A stretch of DNA of 64,000 bases from Candidatus Bathyarchaeota archaeon (GTDB lineage: Archaea > Thermoproteota > Bathyarchaeia > Bathyarchaeales > Bathycorpusculaceae): the NCBI GenBank assembly GCA_963828195.1, contig CAWHDT010000005.1:96001-160000 (forward strand). Direction: 5' to 3'. A program made the translations under genes and the position numbers. How positions within the stretch are numbered: the first letter of the stretch is position 1; each line of letters starts with the position of its first letter. The notes under the pieces were generated by a model. It was given only the letters and a program-made list of their open reading frames with translations, had not been told where the DNA came from and ran no database searches. Below are positions 1 through 9,678 of the stretch, piece after piece.

Positions 1-63
1 CGAGGGGCTTTTACTGCAGAAATGCGTGGTTGGGCTTCACTTGACCCATTTTTAGATTCTTGA
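1..63 (+). CDS. 3' end of an unidentified gene running in from the left edge
   Basis: Frame 1 is open from base 1 (RGAFTAEMRGWASLDPFLDS) to TGA at 61-63; too short to identify. Confidence 0.35.
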   Translation, partial: RGAFTAEMRGWASLDPFLDS

Positions 64-185
64 GCAACAAAAAACGGGTTAGTTGCCAATTTTGGTAAGT
101 TGAAGAGACAGTTAATTAATCAGGCTGGTTTTTTTTAAAAATAAAAAAGTATGATTATATAAGGTTCGTTGTACTTCGAGAAAAT

Positions 186-914
186 TCAGCGTGTGCTTTC
201 AGTACGAACCCTTTTTGCCGCTCCTTTAGAACGCATTCTTGCTTTTTTCTTAACCACCGCTCTCTCAGAAGGCTTATTCTCCAAGACATCAGGCTCAGCT
301 TCTCCTAGCGGCAGGTCATCAACAGCATCTGGAAAATCATCGTTTGTAGCTTGTTCACCTCCAGCTTTAAGCATCGCTGCCATTGCCCGGTCAACATCGC
401 CCGGCTCCAAGTTGATTCCCAAGGTTGCATCCGCCAGCACAACCGTCACGTAGCCAAGTTTACGGGCGTCAAGAACCGTGTTCAAAACGCAGTAATCTGT
501 TGCTAAACCTCCGATGAAAAGACGTTTGGTCTCGCACATTTTTAGTTCATGAGCGAAGCTTGTTCCGTCGAAAACCGAGTAGCTTTCATGCTCTGGATTT
601 GTGGCTTTAGAAATCACCGCGACGCCATCAGGCAGCTTAAGGTCGGGGCTGAATTTTGCCCCTTCAGTTCCCTGCACGCAGTGGGGCGGCCAAGGACCAC
701 CCTGTGTTTTGAAGGATACGTGATTGATTGGGTGCCAGTCTCTTGAGGCAAAAATATGTGCTTTGGCATCTTCAAAGCGCCGCTCATAAGCGTTTAAAAC
801 AGGAATTATTTCGTCGCCGCCTTCAACGGGAAGGGCGCCGCCGGGCATGAAGTCTTTTTGGATGTCAGTTATCAAAAGGGCATCGGAACTTGTTATAACA
901 TAGTTTTTTTTCAA
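186..914 (-). CDS. pncA: Nicotinamidase/pyrazinamidase (isochorismatase family)
   Basis: DIQKDF-GGAL, SRDWHP, WPPHCVQGT, SYSVF and GLATDYCV motifs; start placed at TTG 914 behind AGGTG (ORF track uses GTG 923). Confidence 0.9.
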   Translation of the reverse strand: MKKNYVITSSDALLITDIQKDFMPGGALPVEGGDEIIPVLNAYERRFEDAKAHIFASRDWHPINHVSFKTQGGPWPPHCVQGTEGAKFSPDLKLPDGVAVISKATNPEHESYSVFDGTSFAHELKMCETKRLFIGGLATDYCVLNTVLDARKLGYVTVVLADATLGINLEPGDVDRAMAAMLKAGGEQATNDDFPDAVDDLPLGEAEPDVLENKPSERAVVKKKARMRSKGAAKRVRTESTR

Positions 915-1227
915 ACAAAACACCTATCATTTTTTCGTTCAGAATACATTCAGAAGCTTAACATAAAATAAGTGGGTACTATCGAATAAACTTTTTTGAA
1001 GCCGCTCGTCAATGGAGAGGTAATTAAGGTTTTGCGAGCGTAGTGAAATGGTGAGACCATGTCAGTTTTAGCCTATGTTTTATTCAAGGTTTCTTCGGGA
1101 ACGAAGCAGGATTTCGTTTCGGAAAGTTAGAACAATGCCTGACATTCTTGTTCACTTCCACCATGATAATTTCGAAAGAGTACATCGGAAAATGTTACCG
1201 ACCTCAAAACAAGTGAGGCTTTTAGTT

Positions 1228-1251
1228 TGTTTTGGTGATGCTTTCGTATAC
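1228..1251 (+). repeat. 24-bp direct repeat, copy 1 (copy 2 at 3399-3422)
   Basis: TGTTTTGGTGATGCTTTCGTATAC vs TGTTTTGGTGATGCTTTTGTATAC, one mismatch. Confidence 0.7.
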
Positions 1252-1306
1252 CGCTTAGGATAGGCTTATCTCTTAACAGGGCACAATAATTTATTCAGGC
1301 ATCAAC

Positions 1307-2848
1307 ATGCAGGCTGAAAAACAAAACTCAACCATTTCAAGCCGCGAAATGCGAGCCCTTGAAACCAACGCAGAGTACTTTGGCATAAGTCTCCTTCAAC
1401 TGATGGAAAACGCAGGGCGCAACATAGCCCGCGAAACCATTTCAAGGTTCCCAAAAGAAAACAAAATTGCTGTTTTCTGCGGTTTAGGCGGAAACGGCGG
1501 CGACGGCTTCGTAGCTGCCAGGCACCTTTCAGCGGCAGGTTACGGTGTAGTCGTCATTCTCGTGGGCAGAAGCCGCGATATTAACCATGAAGCTGCCTTG
1601 AAAAATTGGGAGATTCTCCAGTGGACCCAAGATAAAACTCCTATAGTTGAGGTAACAGACAGCTCTGTTATACCCAAAGTTTCTGCGGACGTAGTCATCG
1701 ACGCCTTGTTGGGAACGGGCATTAAAGGAAAACTTAAGCCGCCGATTTCCCAAGTAGTTGACTACATTAATTCTTTGAATGCGTTCAAAATAGCGGTCGA
1801 TGTCCCCACAGGTATAGATTCAGACACAGGTGAAGTTTTAGGCACCGCTGTAAAAGCCGATTTGACAGTGACATTCCACAAGTCAAAGCTGGGGTTAAGC
1901 AAAGCGAAAAAATACGTTGGTGAACTCGTTGTAAAATATATAGGGGTGCCTCGGGAAATGGAGCAGTTTGCAGGTCCAGGCGACGTTTTCTTGGTTACGA
2001 AACCGCGTAATCCGATGGCTCATAAGGGAGATTTTGGGCGTCTTCTGGTTATTGGCGGAAACGAAGTTTACTCAGGAGCCCCAACTTTGGTTTCTCTTGG
2101 TGCTCTTCGGACAGGCATAGATCTTGTTTATCTTGCTGCCCCAGCAAAGGTGGCTTACGCGATTTCCTCAATGTCTCCTGACTTGATAACGATAAAACTT
2201 GACGGAGACCACCTGAACCCGGGCAACGTAGAAACGTTAAAACCGTACTTGAAACTTGTTGACGCGGTAGCGATGGGGCCAGGCATGGGGTTAAAACCTG
2301 AAACCCAAGAATTCGTCAAATTATGCATTGAAGAAGTTGAGAAGGCTGGGAAACCCCTGCTTCTAGATGCGGACGGGCTAAAAGCGTTCGCCAAATTCAA
2401 AAGACCCTTAAAAGTTCCCCTTGTCCTTACGCCCCACGCAGGCGAATACGCAATTCTGACAGGCGAAACTTTACCTGAAAACCAAGAAGAACGCGTCTTG
2501 GCAGTGCAGGAAACCGCTGAGGAACTTGACGCTGTTGTTCTTGTAAAGGGCAAAGTTGACATAATTTGTGATGCCGAAAGGGTAAAGTTGAATTTCACGG
2601 GTAACCCAGGCATGACTGTTGGGGGAACAGGCGACGTTCTCAGCGGCATTGTGGGAGGTTTAATGGCTCAACACGTCGATCCGTTTGAAGCCGCAGTTGC
2701 AGGCGCCTTTGTCAATGGTGCCGCAGGCGATTTTGTTGCAGATGAAATTGGTTTTCACATGGTTGCATCTGACATTATTGATTGGATTCCTCAGGTTTTG
2801 GATGATCCCATGAGTCATTTGAAGGTGCGCAAGTCAAATGGAAACTAA
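1307..2848 (+). CDS. nnr: Bifunctional NAD(P)H-hydrate epimerase/dehydratase (YjeF)
   Basis: LMENAG, GxGGNGGDG, DALLGTG, AVDVPTG, HKGDFG, DADGL, LTPHAGE, GGTGDVLSG. Confidence 0.95.
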   Translation: MQAEKQNSTISSREMRALETNAEYFGISLLQLMENAGRNIARETISRFPKENKIAVFCGLGGNGGDGFVAARHLSAAGYGVVVILVGRSRDINHEAALKNWEILQWTQDKTPIVEVTDSSVIPKVSADVVIDALLGTGIKGKLKPPISQVVDYINSLNAFKIAVDVPTGIDSDTGEVLGTAVKADLTVTFHKSKLGLSKAKKYVGELVVKYIGVPREMEQFAGPGDVFLVTKPRNPMAHKGDFGRLLVIGGNEVYSGAPTLVSLGALRTGIDLVYLAAPAKVAYAISSMSPDLITIKLDGDHLNPGNVETLKPYLKLVDAVAMGPGMGLKPETQEFVKLCIEEVEKAGKPLLLDADGLKAFAKFKRPLKVPLVLTPHAGEYAILTGETLPENQEERVLAVQETAEELDAVVLVKGKVDIICDAERVKLNFTGNPGMTVGGTGDVLSGIVGGLMAQHVDPFEAAVAGAFVNGAAGDFVADEIGFHMVASDIIDWIPQVLDDPMSHLKVRKSNGN

Positions 2849-3395
2849 ACCTGAAGCGCAAAAACCAATTTTATCCGTCAGGATCAGCATTTATCATGCG
2901 GCTCAAGATGACCCAAAAAAGAACACTGCATTAAGGCTTAAACGTCGGGGATTCGCCAGAATAGTCACTAGAGCGAAGTTTTTGCCAAAGCGAGCCATCG
3001 TATTGAATCCTTTTGGTGAAATCGCGTTTTCTCCAGCCGACAGGGGAAGGCTTGAACAATTCGGGTTGGCTGCGCTGGATTGCAGTTGGGAACATGCCCA
3101 GAAAGTAATGGGTAAACAGGTTAGAGGGACGAGCCGCTGCTTACCCATCTTGATTGCGGGGAACCCCGTTAATTTTGGCAAATGGACAAAGTTAACTACG
3201 GCTGAAGCGATCGCGGCTGCATTGTATATTGCGGATTTCAAGAAGGACGCTGAAGAGCTTTTGTCGATTTTTACATGGGGACACACGTTTTTGGAGTTAA
3301 ACAGCGTGTTGCTTGAGAATTACTCGTTGGCGAAAGATAGCGGTGAAATCGTGGAGATGCAGACGAGGCTTCTGAAGGGGAAAAGATGCGATTAA
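2838..3395 (+). CDS. tsr3: 16S rRNA aminocarboxypropyltransferase Tsr3 (DUF367)
   Basis: DDPKKNTA, LDCSW, RCLPILIAGNPVNFG, KLTTAEA, FTWGHTFLELN. Confidence 0.93.
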   Translation: METKPEAQKPILSVRISIYHAAQDDPKKNTALRLKRRGFARIVTRAKFLPKRAIVLNPFGEIAFSPADRGRLEQFGLAALDCSWEHAQKVMGKQVRGTSRCLPILIAGNPVNFGKWTKLTTAEAIAAALYIADFKKDAEELLSIFTWGHTFLELNSVLLENYSLAKDSGEIVEMQTRLLKGKRCD

Positions 3396-3398
3396 CTG

Positions 3399-3422
3399 TG
3401 TTTTGGTGATGCTTTTGTATAC
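3399..3422 (+). repeat. 24-bp direct repeat, copy 2
   Basis: Matches 1228-1251 at 23/24 positions. Confidence 0.7.
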
Positions 3423-3489
3423 GGCTACCCAGAAAATAGGCTAATTAGCCGCGAATACTTAAGCAAGATAAACGTTTGTTCCAATTAAT

Positions 3490-4107
3490 ATGGGAAAAGT
3501 GACCATGGAAACAAAGCAGCAAAACCCTGATGTTGAACACTTCAACCGCAGAGCAGCAACTTACGAGACCGAAAGTAGCCAAGGATATTTTTTTGATAGA
3601 GTACAGAGAAGAGTTTTAAAGTTAGCTAAGGATCAAAGCAGCCCAGAAGTCATTATGGATGTGGGTTGCGGAACGGGGCGGCTGCTTAGAAAAGCCAAGC
3701 TGCAATGGCCCAAAGCCCGTTTGGTTGGTGTTGATGCAGCTGAAAAAATGATACAGCAGGCAACCCTGCTTTTTTCAGAAGCAGAATTCCATGTTGCGAT
3801 GGCTGGAGCTTTGCCTCTGCCTAACGCCTCGGTTGACCTTGCCTTTAGCACTCTTTCATTTCACCATTGGGCAAATCAGGCTAAGGGCATCAGCGAAATC
3901 GCACGCGTTTTACGACCTCAAGGAAGGTTTATTCTGGCTGATATCGTTATTCCAAGTTGGTTATCGCTTTTTGTCCAGCATTTTAGATTTAACAGCCCCG
4001 CAAAAATACGCGAAATGTTTACGCAAGCAGAGTTAACTGTTGAGTTGCAGCAACAGCAATGGCGGTGGTCAAGGGTTCTTTTAATTACCGAGGGAAGGAA
4101 GCATTAA
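3490..4107 (+). CDS. Class I SAM-dependent methyltransferase
   Basis: MDVGCGTG motif I, SFHHW, RVLRPQGRFILAD. Confidence 0.9.
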   Translation: MGKVTMETKQQNPDVEHFNRRAATYETESSQGYFFDRVQRRVLKLAKDQSSPEVIMDVGCGTGRLLRKAKLQWPKARLVGVDAAEKMIQQATLLFSEAEFHVAMAGALPLPNASVDLAFSTLSFHHWANQAKGISEIARVLRPQGRFILADIVIPSWLSLFVQHFRFNSPAKIREMFTQAELTVELQQQQWRWSRVLLITEGRKH

Positions 4108-4132
4108 CACGGAGGAGCAGTGCTAGGGATCA

Positions 4133-4786
4133 ATGGCGTTTATCACTAACGAATACTTGTTTTTGGCTTCGGTTTTCTTAATTTCGATGTCGGGTGTTTT
4201 AATGCCTGGACCCTTATTCGCCGTGACTATTCAGAAAGCCGCTAAAAGTAAAGCTGCAGGCGCGTTGATCGCTGTTGGCCACGGAATAGTGGAGTTTCCA
4301 TTGATGTTTGTCATCTTTTTCGTTTTGAGCCAATTTACGATTCCAAGTTTTGGTCAGATTACAGTGGAGCTGGTCGGCGGGCTATTGATGGTTTTGATGG
4401 GTGTTCAAACGTTTAGGAAACGACATAAGACTGAAGAGGTACCTGTAAGTTCCAGTCGGGAATCCGTTCTTGCAGGCGTTTATACCACCGCAGTAAACGC
4501 AGGTTTTATCCTTTGGTGGTTAACGATTGGCACAGCTCTGATTCTTAATGCTCAGCTGTTTGGGGTAGTTGGTTTCTCGCTGTTTGCTGGGGTGCATTGG
4601 CTCTGCGATTTGTCATTTTACACAGTTATAGCATTGGCAATTTTTAAGTCACAGCAACTTTGGTCTCAACGTTGGAATCAGAGGGTTAGAATGGGGATGA
4701 CACTTTTTTGTGTGGCAGTTTTCATCGGTTTCGGTGCGTACTTTATGGGTTCAGCCCTGGCGTCAGTCTTTAGCACAGTTATATAG
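4133..4786 (+). CDS. LysE family transporter
   Basis: SGVLMPGPL, GHGIVE, ILWWLTIG, HWLCD; about 6 hydrophobic segments. Confidence 0.85.
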   Translation: MAFITNEYLFLASVFLISMSGVLMPGPLFAVTIQKAAKSKAAGALIAVGHGIVEFPLMFVIFFVLSQFTIPSFGQITVELVGGLLMVLMGVQTFRKRHKTEEVPVSSSRESVLAGVYTTAVNAGFILWWLTIGTALILNAQLFGVVGFSLFAGVHWLCDLSFYTVIALAIFKSQQLWSQRWNQRVRMGMTLFCVAVFIGFGAYFMGSALASVFSTVI

Positions 4787-4802
4787 TAAGCAAGAGTGAA
4801 AT

Positions 4803-5360
4803 ATGCTCATGGAATTTCAAGTTGGAAAAGCCACTGTGCAACTAATCAAGGGAGACCTCACAGAAGTTGAAGCAGACGCGATAGTGAACGCGGCAAATTC
4901 TTCTCTGATGGGCGGCGGCGGAGTGGACGGAGCAATTCACCGCAAAGGCGGACCTAAAATTCTTGAAGAATGCAAACGCATTAGAGCTACAGAGTGGCCT
5001 GATGGTCTGCCAACGGGGAAAGCAGTGATTACGTCAAGCGGCGACTTAAAAGCTAAATTTGTTATTCACACAGTTGGGCCTGTTTGGCTGGGAGGATTCC
5101 ATGTGGAAGCTGAACTTTTGAAGCAAGCGTATAGAAACTCGTTAAAGCTTGCGGCTGCTAAAGGGCTCAAGACAATTGCGTTTCCGTCAATTAGTACTGG
5201 AGCTTACGGTTACCCGATTGAAGATGCCAGCCAAATAGCTGTAAGAACTGTAAAAGATTTTTTGGAAAAAGAAGATAAGCTTGAGAAAGTAGTTTTCGTT
5301 TTATTTTCTGAGAGTGATTTTCAGGTTTATCTGCGAAATGCAAAGGCTATTTTGGCTTAA
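4803..5360 (+). CDS. Macrodomain O-acetyl-ADP-ribose deacetylase (YmdB-like)
   Basis: GDLT, DAIVNAAN, GGGGVDGAIH, VIHTVGP, AFPSISTGAYGYP. Confidence 0.93.
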   Translation: MLMEFQVGKATVQLIKGDLTEVEADAIVNAANSSLMGGGGVDGAIHRKGGPKILEECKRIRATEWPDGLPTGKAVITSSGDLKAKFVIHTVGPVWLGGFHVEAELLKQAYRNSLKLAAAKGLKTIAFPSISTGAYGYPIEDASQIAVRTVKDFLEKEDKLEKVVFVLFSESDFQVYLRNAKAILA

Positions 5361-5679
5361 TGGGAAGCAGTAAACTGTTGAACGTTTTTAGATGTGGTTA
5401 GGTCTGCCAAGCGGAGTGGAGTTGAATTACATTTTGGCGTTTAATTCTTCAATTTCAGACTCGAGCGAGAAATTGTAAAACATTATGGGAGACATTTTTC
5501 GTTGAGCCTGACAGGTGCGGTTTCGTCCAATCTTATTTTTAGGGTTATTTAAATTTCTTTTTTTTGGATATGTTCGATTTTCAGAATATATCGGTTTTTG
5601 AGTGGTCTGTTCATATATTAAATGTTACGATATACATGTAGTTAAGAACAACATATCAACAGAAACATGAGACGAGAAA

Positions 5680-6096
5680 ATGGGTCAACCTCAAATCATC
5701 GTAAGTGCTTCGTGTTCACTCGTATCCCGAAACAAAGAATCTGAAGCTGTTTTTGAAGATGCTTTAGGACAGGCAATAGATAATATTCTCTCAGCATTGG
5801 GAAACGCCAACAAGCAAGCCATTTACCGTCAACTAAAAAATAATTACGGCATTAACGAAAACGAGATTCCTGGTAAAATTGAAGATTTTGCATGCGCGCT
5901 GGAAGATATCTTCGGGTCAGCGGCTAAACTGATTGAAATAAAAATAATCGAGCAGCTACATTCAAAATACAAAGACTTCGCTTATGCCCCGAAAAAAGGA
6001 GAACTAAATTTTGTCGCGTTTGTTTACGGTTTGAAGCGTTATTTTCAACTGAAAACTTTGGAAATCCCCGCTTTTTCGCCGGTGCTGATAAGCTAA
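5680..6096 (+). CDS. Hypothetical protein (small archaeal helical family, DUF3227-like)
   Basis: 138-aa ORF with AID..LS.LG / IP.KIEDF..ALEDIFG..AKLIE pattern; family assignment from memory. Confidence 0.6.
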   Translation: MGQPQIIVSASCSLVSRNKESEAVFEDALGQAIDNILSALGNANKQAIYRQLKNNYGINENEIPGKIEDFACALEDIFGSAAKLIEIKIIEQLHSKYKDFAYAPKKGELNFVAFVYGLKRYFQLKTLEIPAFSPVLIS

Positions 6097-6404
6097 ACTA
6101 ACGTTAAAATCAAAGTTGAGCTGATGCTGCTTAGATTCTTTATTTGCTTAAGGGCGATTTCCCGAATATGATCCAAGGATTCACCGCTTACTTTTACGAC
6201 AAAATCGTAAGCTCCATGGGAAAGATACAATTCGATGACTCCTTCGACTTTTTTCAAATCTTCCAATGCACTTTTACCTGAATCAGGCTTAGCGGTTACA
6301 AAAACAAAAGCGTTTCTTTTAGGCTTCTCTTTCGCCTCTGCAGTGGAGGGCACGAGTATTTGGCTGCTTAAATCTGCAAAAACATTTTCCAAACAATCCA
6401 CCAC
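6093..6404 (-). CDS. Lrp/AsnC ligand-binding-domain protein
   Basis: AFVFV, VEGVIELYLSHGAYDFVVKV, IKNLSSISSTLIL; no HTH. Confidence 0.8.
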   Translation of the reverse strand: MVDCLENVFADLSSQILVPSTAEAKEKPKRNAFVFVTAKPDSGKSALEDLKKVEGVIELYLSHGAYDFVVKVSGESLDHIREIALKQIKNLSSISSTLILTLV

Positions 6405-6664
6405 TTGAATACGTTAACCCTCGAAGCATAGTTATTAAACCTGTGTTGCTGTGTGGCGACGCCAACAAATCAATATAACATCGCCAGCCTCTTGGAAACT
6501 TGCAGCTGAAAGAAGCTGGGGCTTGGCGAGAACCAGCTTTTTTCGTCAGAAGGCACATAGAAAGCAAACCGCGCCCATTCGCAATAATTTTTATCGCCCG
6601 ATAAGAAGAAAAGAATGGAGGCTTACTCTGCGTCTTCTTTGAAGCCAAGCCCGGAATTAAGTTG

Positions 6665-7210
6665 TTACCCGTTTGACGTTTTTAGTTGAATGAGCGAGTA
6701 AACGTCGTATTTGTTGCCCACCATTTTTCGTCCCTCCAGATAACAGAGCTCTATCAGAAAGCCTAAGCCCACCACTTTTCCACCCAGCTTTTCAACCAAT
6801 TCAATATTTGCTTTCACGGTTCCGCCGGTAGCGAGTAAATCGTCAATCAGCAAAATGTTTTGGCCCTTTTCGATTGCGTCTTCATGAATTTCGATTGTGT
6901 CACACTCGTACTCTTTTTTGTAAGTGAGGTCAACACATTTGAAAGGCAGCTTGCCCTTCTTTCTTATAGGAACAAAACCCACGCCTAATTCGTAAGCTAC
7001 AGCGGCTCCGATGATGAAACCTCTGGCTTCATTTGAGACCACTGCATCGATGGGTTTTTCGCGGTAATGGTCTGCTAACTGTTTAATGGATTGCTGGAGG
7101 CAATTTTTGTCTTTTAAAAGTGTGGTGATATCCCAGAAAACCACGCCTTTAAACTCAGGTATTCTTCTAACTTTCGATTTAAGATCCAGCGGTTTTTCTG
7201 GTTTATTCAT
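6665..7210 (-). CDS. apt: Adenine phosphoribosyltransferase
   Basis: FWDITTLL, EARGFI, IRKKGKLP, LIDDLLATGGT PRPP motif; start trimmed to MNKPEK to avoid overlap with mtnP. Confidence 0.93.
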   Translation of the reverse strand: MNKPEKPLDLKSKVRRIPEFKGVVFWDITTLLKDKNCLQQSIKQLADHYREKPIDAVVSNEARGFIIGAAVAYELGVGFVPIRKKGKLPFKCVDLTYKKEYECDTIEIHEDAIEKGQNILLIDDLLATGGTVKANIELVEKLGGKVVGLGFLIELCYLEGRKMVGNKYDVYSLIQLKTSNG

Positions 7211-7224
7211 TTTTGCTTCGCTCC

Positions 7225-8010
7225 TTACACAAAGGCCCCTTTCAAGGCTTCGTTGCATTTGCAGGCGCACTCATTCGGCAGCTGGGCAACTGTGTCAGCA
7301 ATTATCTGTTTGACGTTTTCAATGTTAGACTTCATTATCTTAACTACGTCGTCAACGCAGACTGGATGGTCTTTCCAAACATCGTAATCTGTTACGGTTG
7401 AAATGGATGCGTAGCATATTTCTGCTTCTCTAGCCAAGACGCATTCGGGAACCAGCGTCATGCCAACCACATCTGCACCCCATTGCCGAAACATTTTGGA
7501 TTCAGCCTTAGTTGAAAAGCGCGGTCCTTCAATGCACACGTAAGTTCCTGTTTCATGCATCTTGACGCCTATTTTTTTGGCCACAGCGATCAGGTTTTGT
7601 CTTAGCTCGGGGCACATTGGTTCGGCAACAGATATGTGGCAAACCTTGTTTTCGGTGTAGAATGATTGTTCGCGTCTTGTGGTTCGATCGATGAATTGGT
7701 CACAGAAAACGATTTCGCCCGGATGATACTCTTCCCGAAGAGAGCCGACGGTTGATGGTGCAAGAATGCGTTTTACGCCAAGCTTCTTTAACGCGGAAAT
7801 ATTAGCTTTAACGTTGATGTTGGTTGGTCTGATGGTGTGTTTTTTTCCGTGTCTGGGCAGAAAAGCCACGCATTTCCCCGCCAACTCTCCAACGGTTATG
7901 GAGTCTGAAGGTTTCCCGTAGGGGGTTTCAACGGTGACTTCTTGAGCGTTCTTGAGAAGTTTAGGGTCGTAGAGGCCTGTTCCGCCGATAACTCCAATTT
8001 CAGCTTGCAT
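7225..8010 (-). CDS. mtnP: S-methyl-5'-thioadenosine phosphorylase
   Basis: IGVIGGTG, TPYGKPS, FLPRHG, EGPRFSTKAES, VGMT..PE, TDYDVW. Confidence 0.93.
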   Translation of the reverse strand: MQAEIGVIGGTGLYDPKLLKNAQEVTVETPYGKPSDSITVGELAGKCVAFLPRHGKKHTIRPTNINVKANISALKKLGVKRILAPSTVGSLREEYHPGEIVFCDQFIDRTTRREQSFYTENKVCHISVAEPMCPELRQNLIAVAKKIGVKMHETGTYVCIEGPRFSTKAESKMFRQWGADVVGMTLVPECVLAREAEICYASISTVTDYDVWKDHPVCVDDVVKIMKSNIENVKQIIADTVAQLPNECACKCNEALKGAFV

Positions 8011-8081
8011 AAACCATTTACTTTAAACGTTGAACTTATAAGAATAGCGATAACCATCGGTTCATTACAATAATTTTCTGA

Positions 8082-8234
8082 AATTTTGAAAGAACAACAA
8101 CACCCAAAAAACAACTGTTGTTCTTCTCGGCAACATTTTTTTTAAAAGAAGAAGAAGCCTAGAAAAACCATTTTTCTTCTTCCACTTTATTTTTTAAAAA
8201 GAACAGCAATAACTCAAAACAACCGCTGTTCTTC
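8082..8234. repeat. Dispersed tandem-hairpin repeat, copy 1 (three degenerate AGAA...TTCT units)
   Basis: 8082-8183 aligns closely with the reverse complement of 47792-47903; internal inverted repeats AAGAACAACA/TGTTGTTCTT, GAAGAAGAA/TTCTTCTTC, AAGAACAGC/GCTGTTCTT. Confidence 0.8.
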
Positions 8235-8313
8235 TACCCATTGAACTTGGAGGATGCCCATGTTTTCCTGTTTTTTTCAAGGTCACTACGTAGCCAAGCT
8301 TCCGCAAGAAATG

Positions 8314-9615
8314 TTATGATAGGTTTCCTATGGTTACTGAAACTGTTTGTGTTTGCCCGTTTCGAACAACAGTGAAGTTAGCCGTTTGTCCTGGGAGCGT
8401 GTTTTCCTCCAGATAGGACAGCAGGTCGTCGGTGTTTGTGATTCTTACTCCGTTGACGGCTATGATTATGTCGCCGCCGATTGTTAGGGTTGAACCTAAA
8501 ATTGAGACTTGAGTAGTGCCGCCTTTAAGCCCGTTCTGAGCCGAAACGCTCTCCACGAGCGATCCGTAGGTAACGCTGGTTCCCATGGCTTGAGCAATCT
8601 GAAGATTCATGTCCGTCAGCGTCGCGTCAATGGACGGATGCTCATTGTATGAGCCAGTTGTCACCAATGAACTGAGTTCACGCATTATGGTGTCTGATGG
8701 AATTGCAAAGCCTAAACCCTGAGAATCACTCACAGCAGCAGTAGTTATGCCTACGACTTCGCCAGCATAATTGAGAAGTGGACCGCCAGAATTGCCAGGG
8801 TTAATAGCAGTGCTCGTCTGAATAACATCCGGGACTGTTGCGCCTGTAGCTCCGCTGTCAGTCGTTTCAGTAATTACTCGTCCCAAAGCGCTGATTACAC
8901 CTGTAGTTAGCGTCCCAGATAACCCGTAAGGTGAACCTACAGCAACAACAGGTTCTCCAACCTGCAAAGTGCTGGAGCTAACAAGCGTCAAAGGCACTAA
9001 ACCGCTGGGCATAGGCGCGATCGAAACCACTGCAAGGTCAGCAAGCTGGTCTGAACCTAACACTTGTCCAGTGTAGCTGACCCCATCCGCAAAAGTTACA
9101 GTTATGTTAATTGCACTCTGCACCACGTGGTCGTTGGTGACAATGACTAACTGATTGTCCACCGAAGCGATAAATCCTGAACCCTGCTGCTCATTATAGC
9201 CCACCGTTCCGAAGAAACTGGTCACGGGTACGAGATCTGTTATCACAACTACAGAAAGCTGAACTTGCTCATACAGGTTTGAAAGCGAAACATTAGTGCC
9301 TAACTCGAATGTTGCGTTAGGATAATATGTGGCGTTTTGAGAATAACCATTAAGCTGAGATTGTATGCTGTTGAGTTTGCCGGTGAAATTTGAATAAGTT
9401 ACTGCATAGCCAATAAAACCGCCCGCGATCAAGCCTACAACAAGAAGAATCACCAAAGCAAAAATTGAGAAACGCCTGTTTTTAGGAGATTTCTGAGGCG
9501 TCGAAACTGAAGCCGGCGAAGTAGTAGGTGGCGGTGAAGTTTGGGGTGCTTCAGGTGGGGATTGAGGTGGGGCTTCGGGCGAAGATTGAGGCGGAGATTC
9601 AGGGGAAGTTTCCAT
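8314..9615 (-). CDS. htrA: HtrA/DegP-like membrane-anchored trypsin serine protease with PDZ domain
   Basis: GSGF, VTNDHVV, DLAVV, INPGNSGGPL catalytic motifs; GDIIIAVNG PDZ; N-terminal Pro-rich tail and TM helix. Confidence 0.9.
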   Translation of the reverse strand: METSPESPPQSSPEAPPQSPPEAPQTSPPPTTSPASVSTPQKSPKNRRFSIFALVILLVVGLIAGGFIGYAVTYSNFTGKLNSIQSQLNGYSQNATYYPNATFELGTNVSLSNLYEQVQLSVVVITDLVPVTSFFGTVGYNEQQGSGFIASVDNQLVIVTNDHVVQSAINITVTFADGVSYTGQVLGSDQLADLAVVSIAPMPSGLVPLTLVSSSTLQVGEPVVAVGSPYGLSGTLTTGVISALGRVITETTDSGATGATVPDVIQTSTAINPGNSGGPLLNYAGEVVGITTAAVSDSQGLGFAIPSDTIMRELSSLVTTGSYNEHPSIDATLTDMNLQIAQAMGTSVTYGSLVESVSAQNGLKGGTTQVSILGSTLTIGGDIIIAVNGVRITNTDDLLSYLEENTLPGQTANFTVVRNGQTQTVSVTIGNLS

Positions 9616-9678
9616 AAATATTCCTTCCTAATTTAAAGGAAAAAAAGAAAAGTTTTTGAATATTTCTCTTTTGACATT

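Noticed and set aside
8082-8234. Possible CRISPR array
   Set aside because: The units are degenerate, the spacers are conserved between the two loci rather than unique, and no cas genes are present in the window
9520-9612. SPPEAP-type repeats in htrA (and the SP repeat at ~32590-32660)
   Set aside because: Ordinary Pro/Ser-rich linkers
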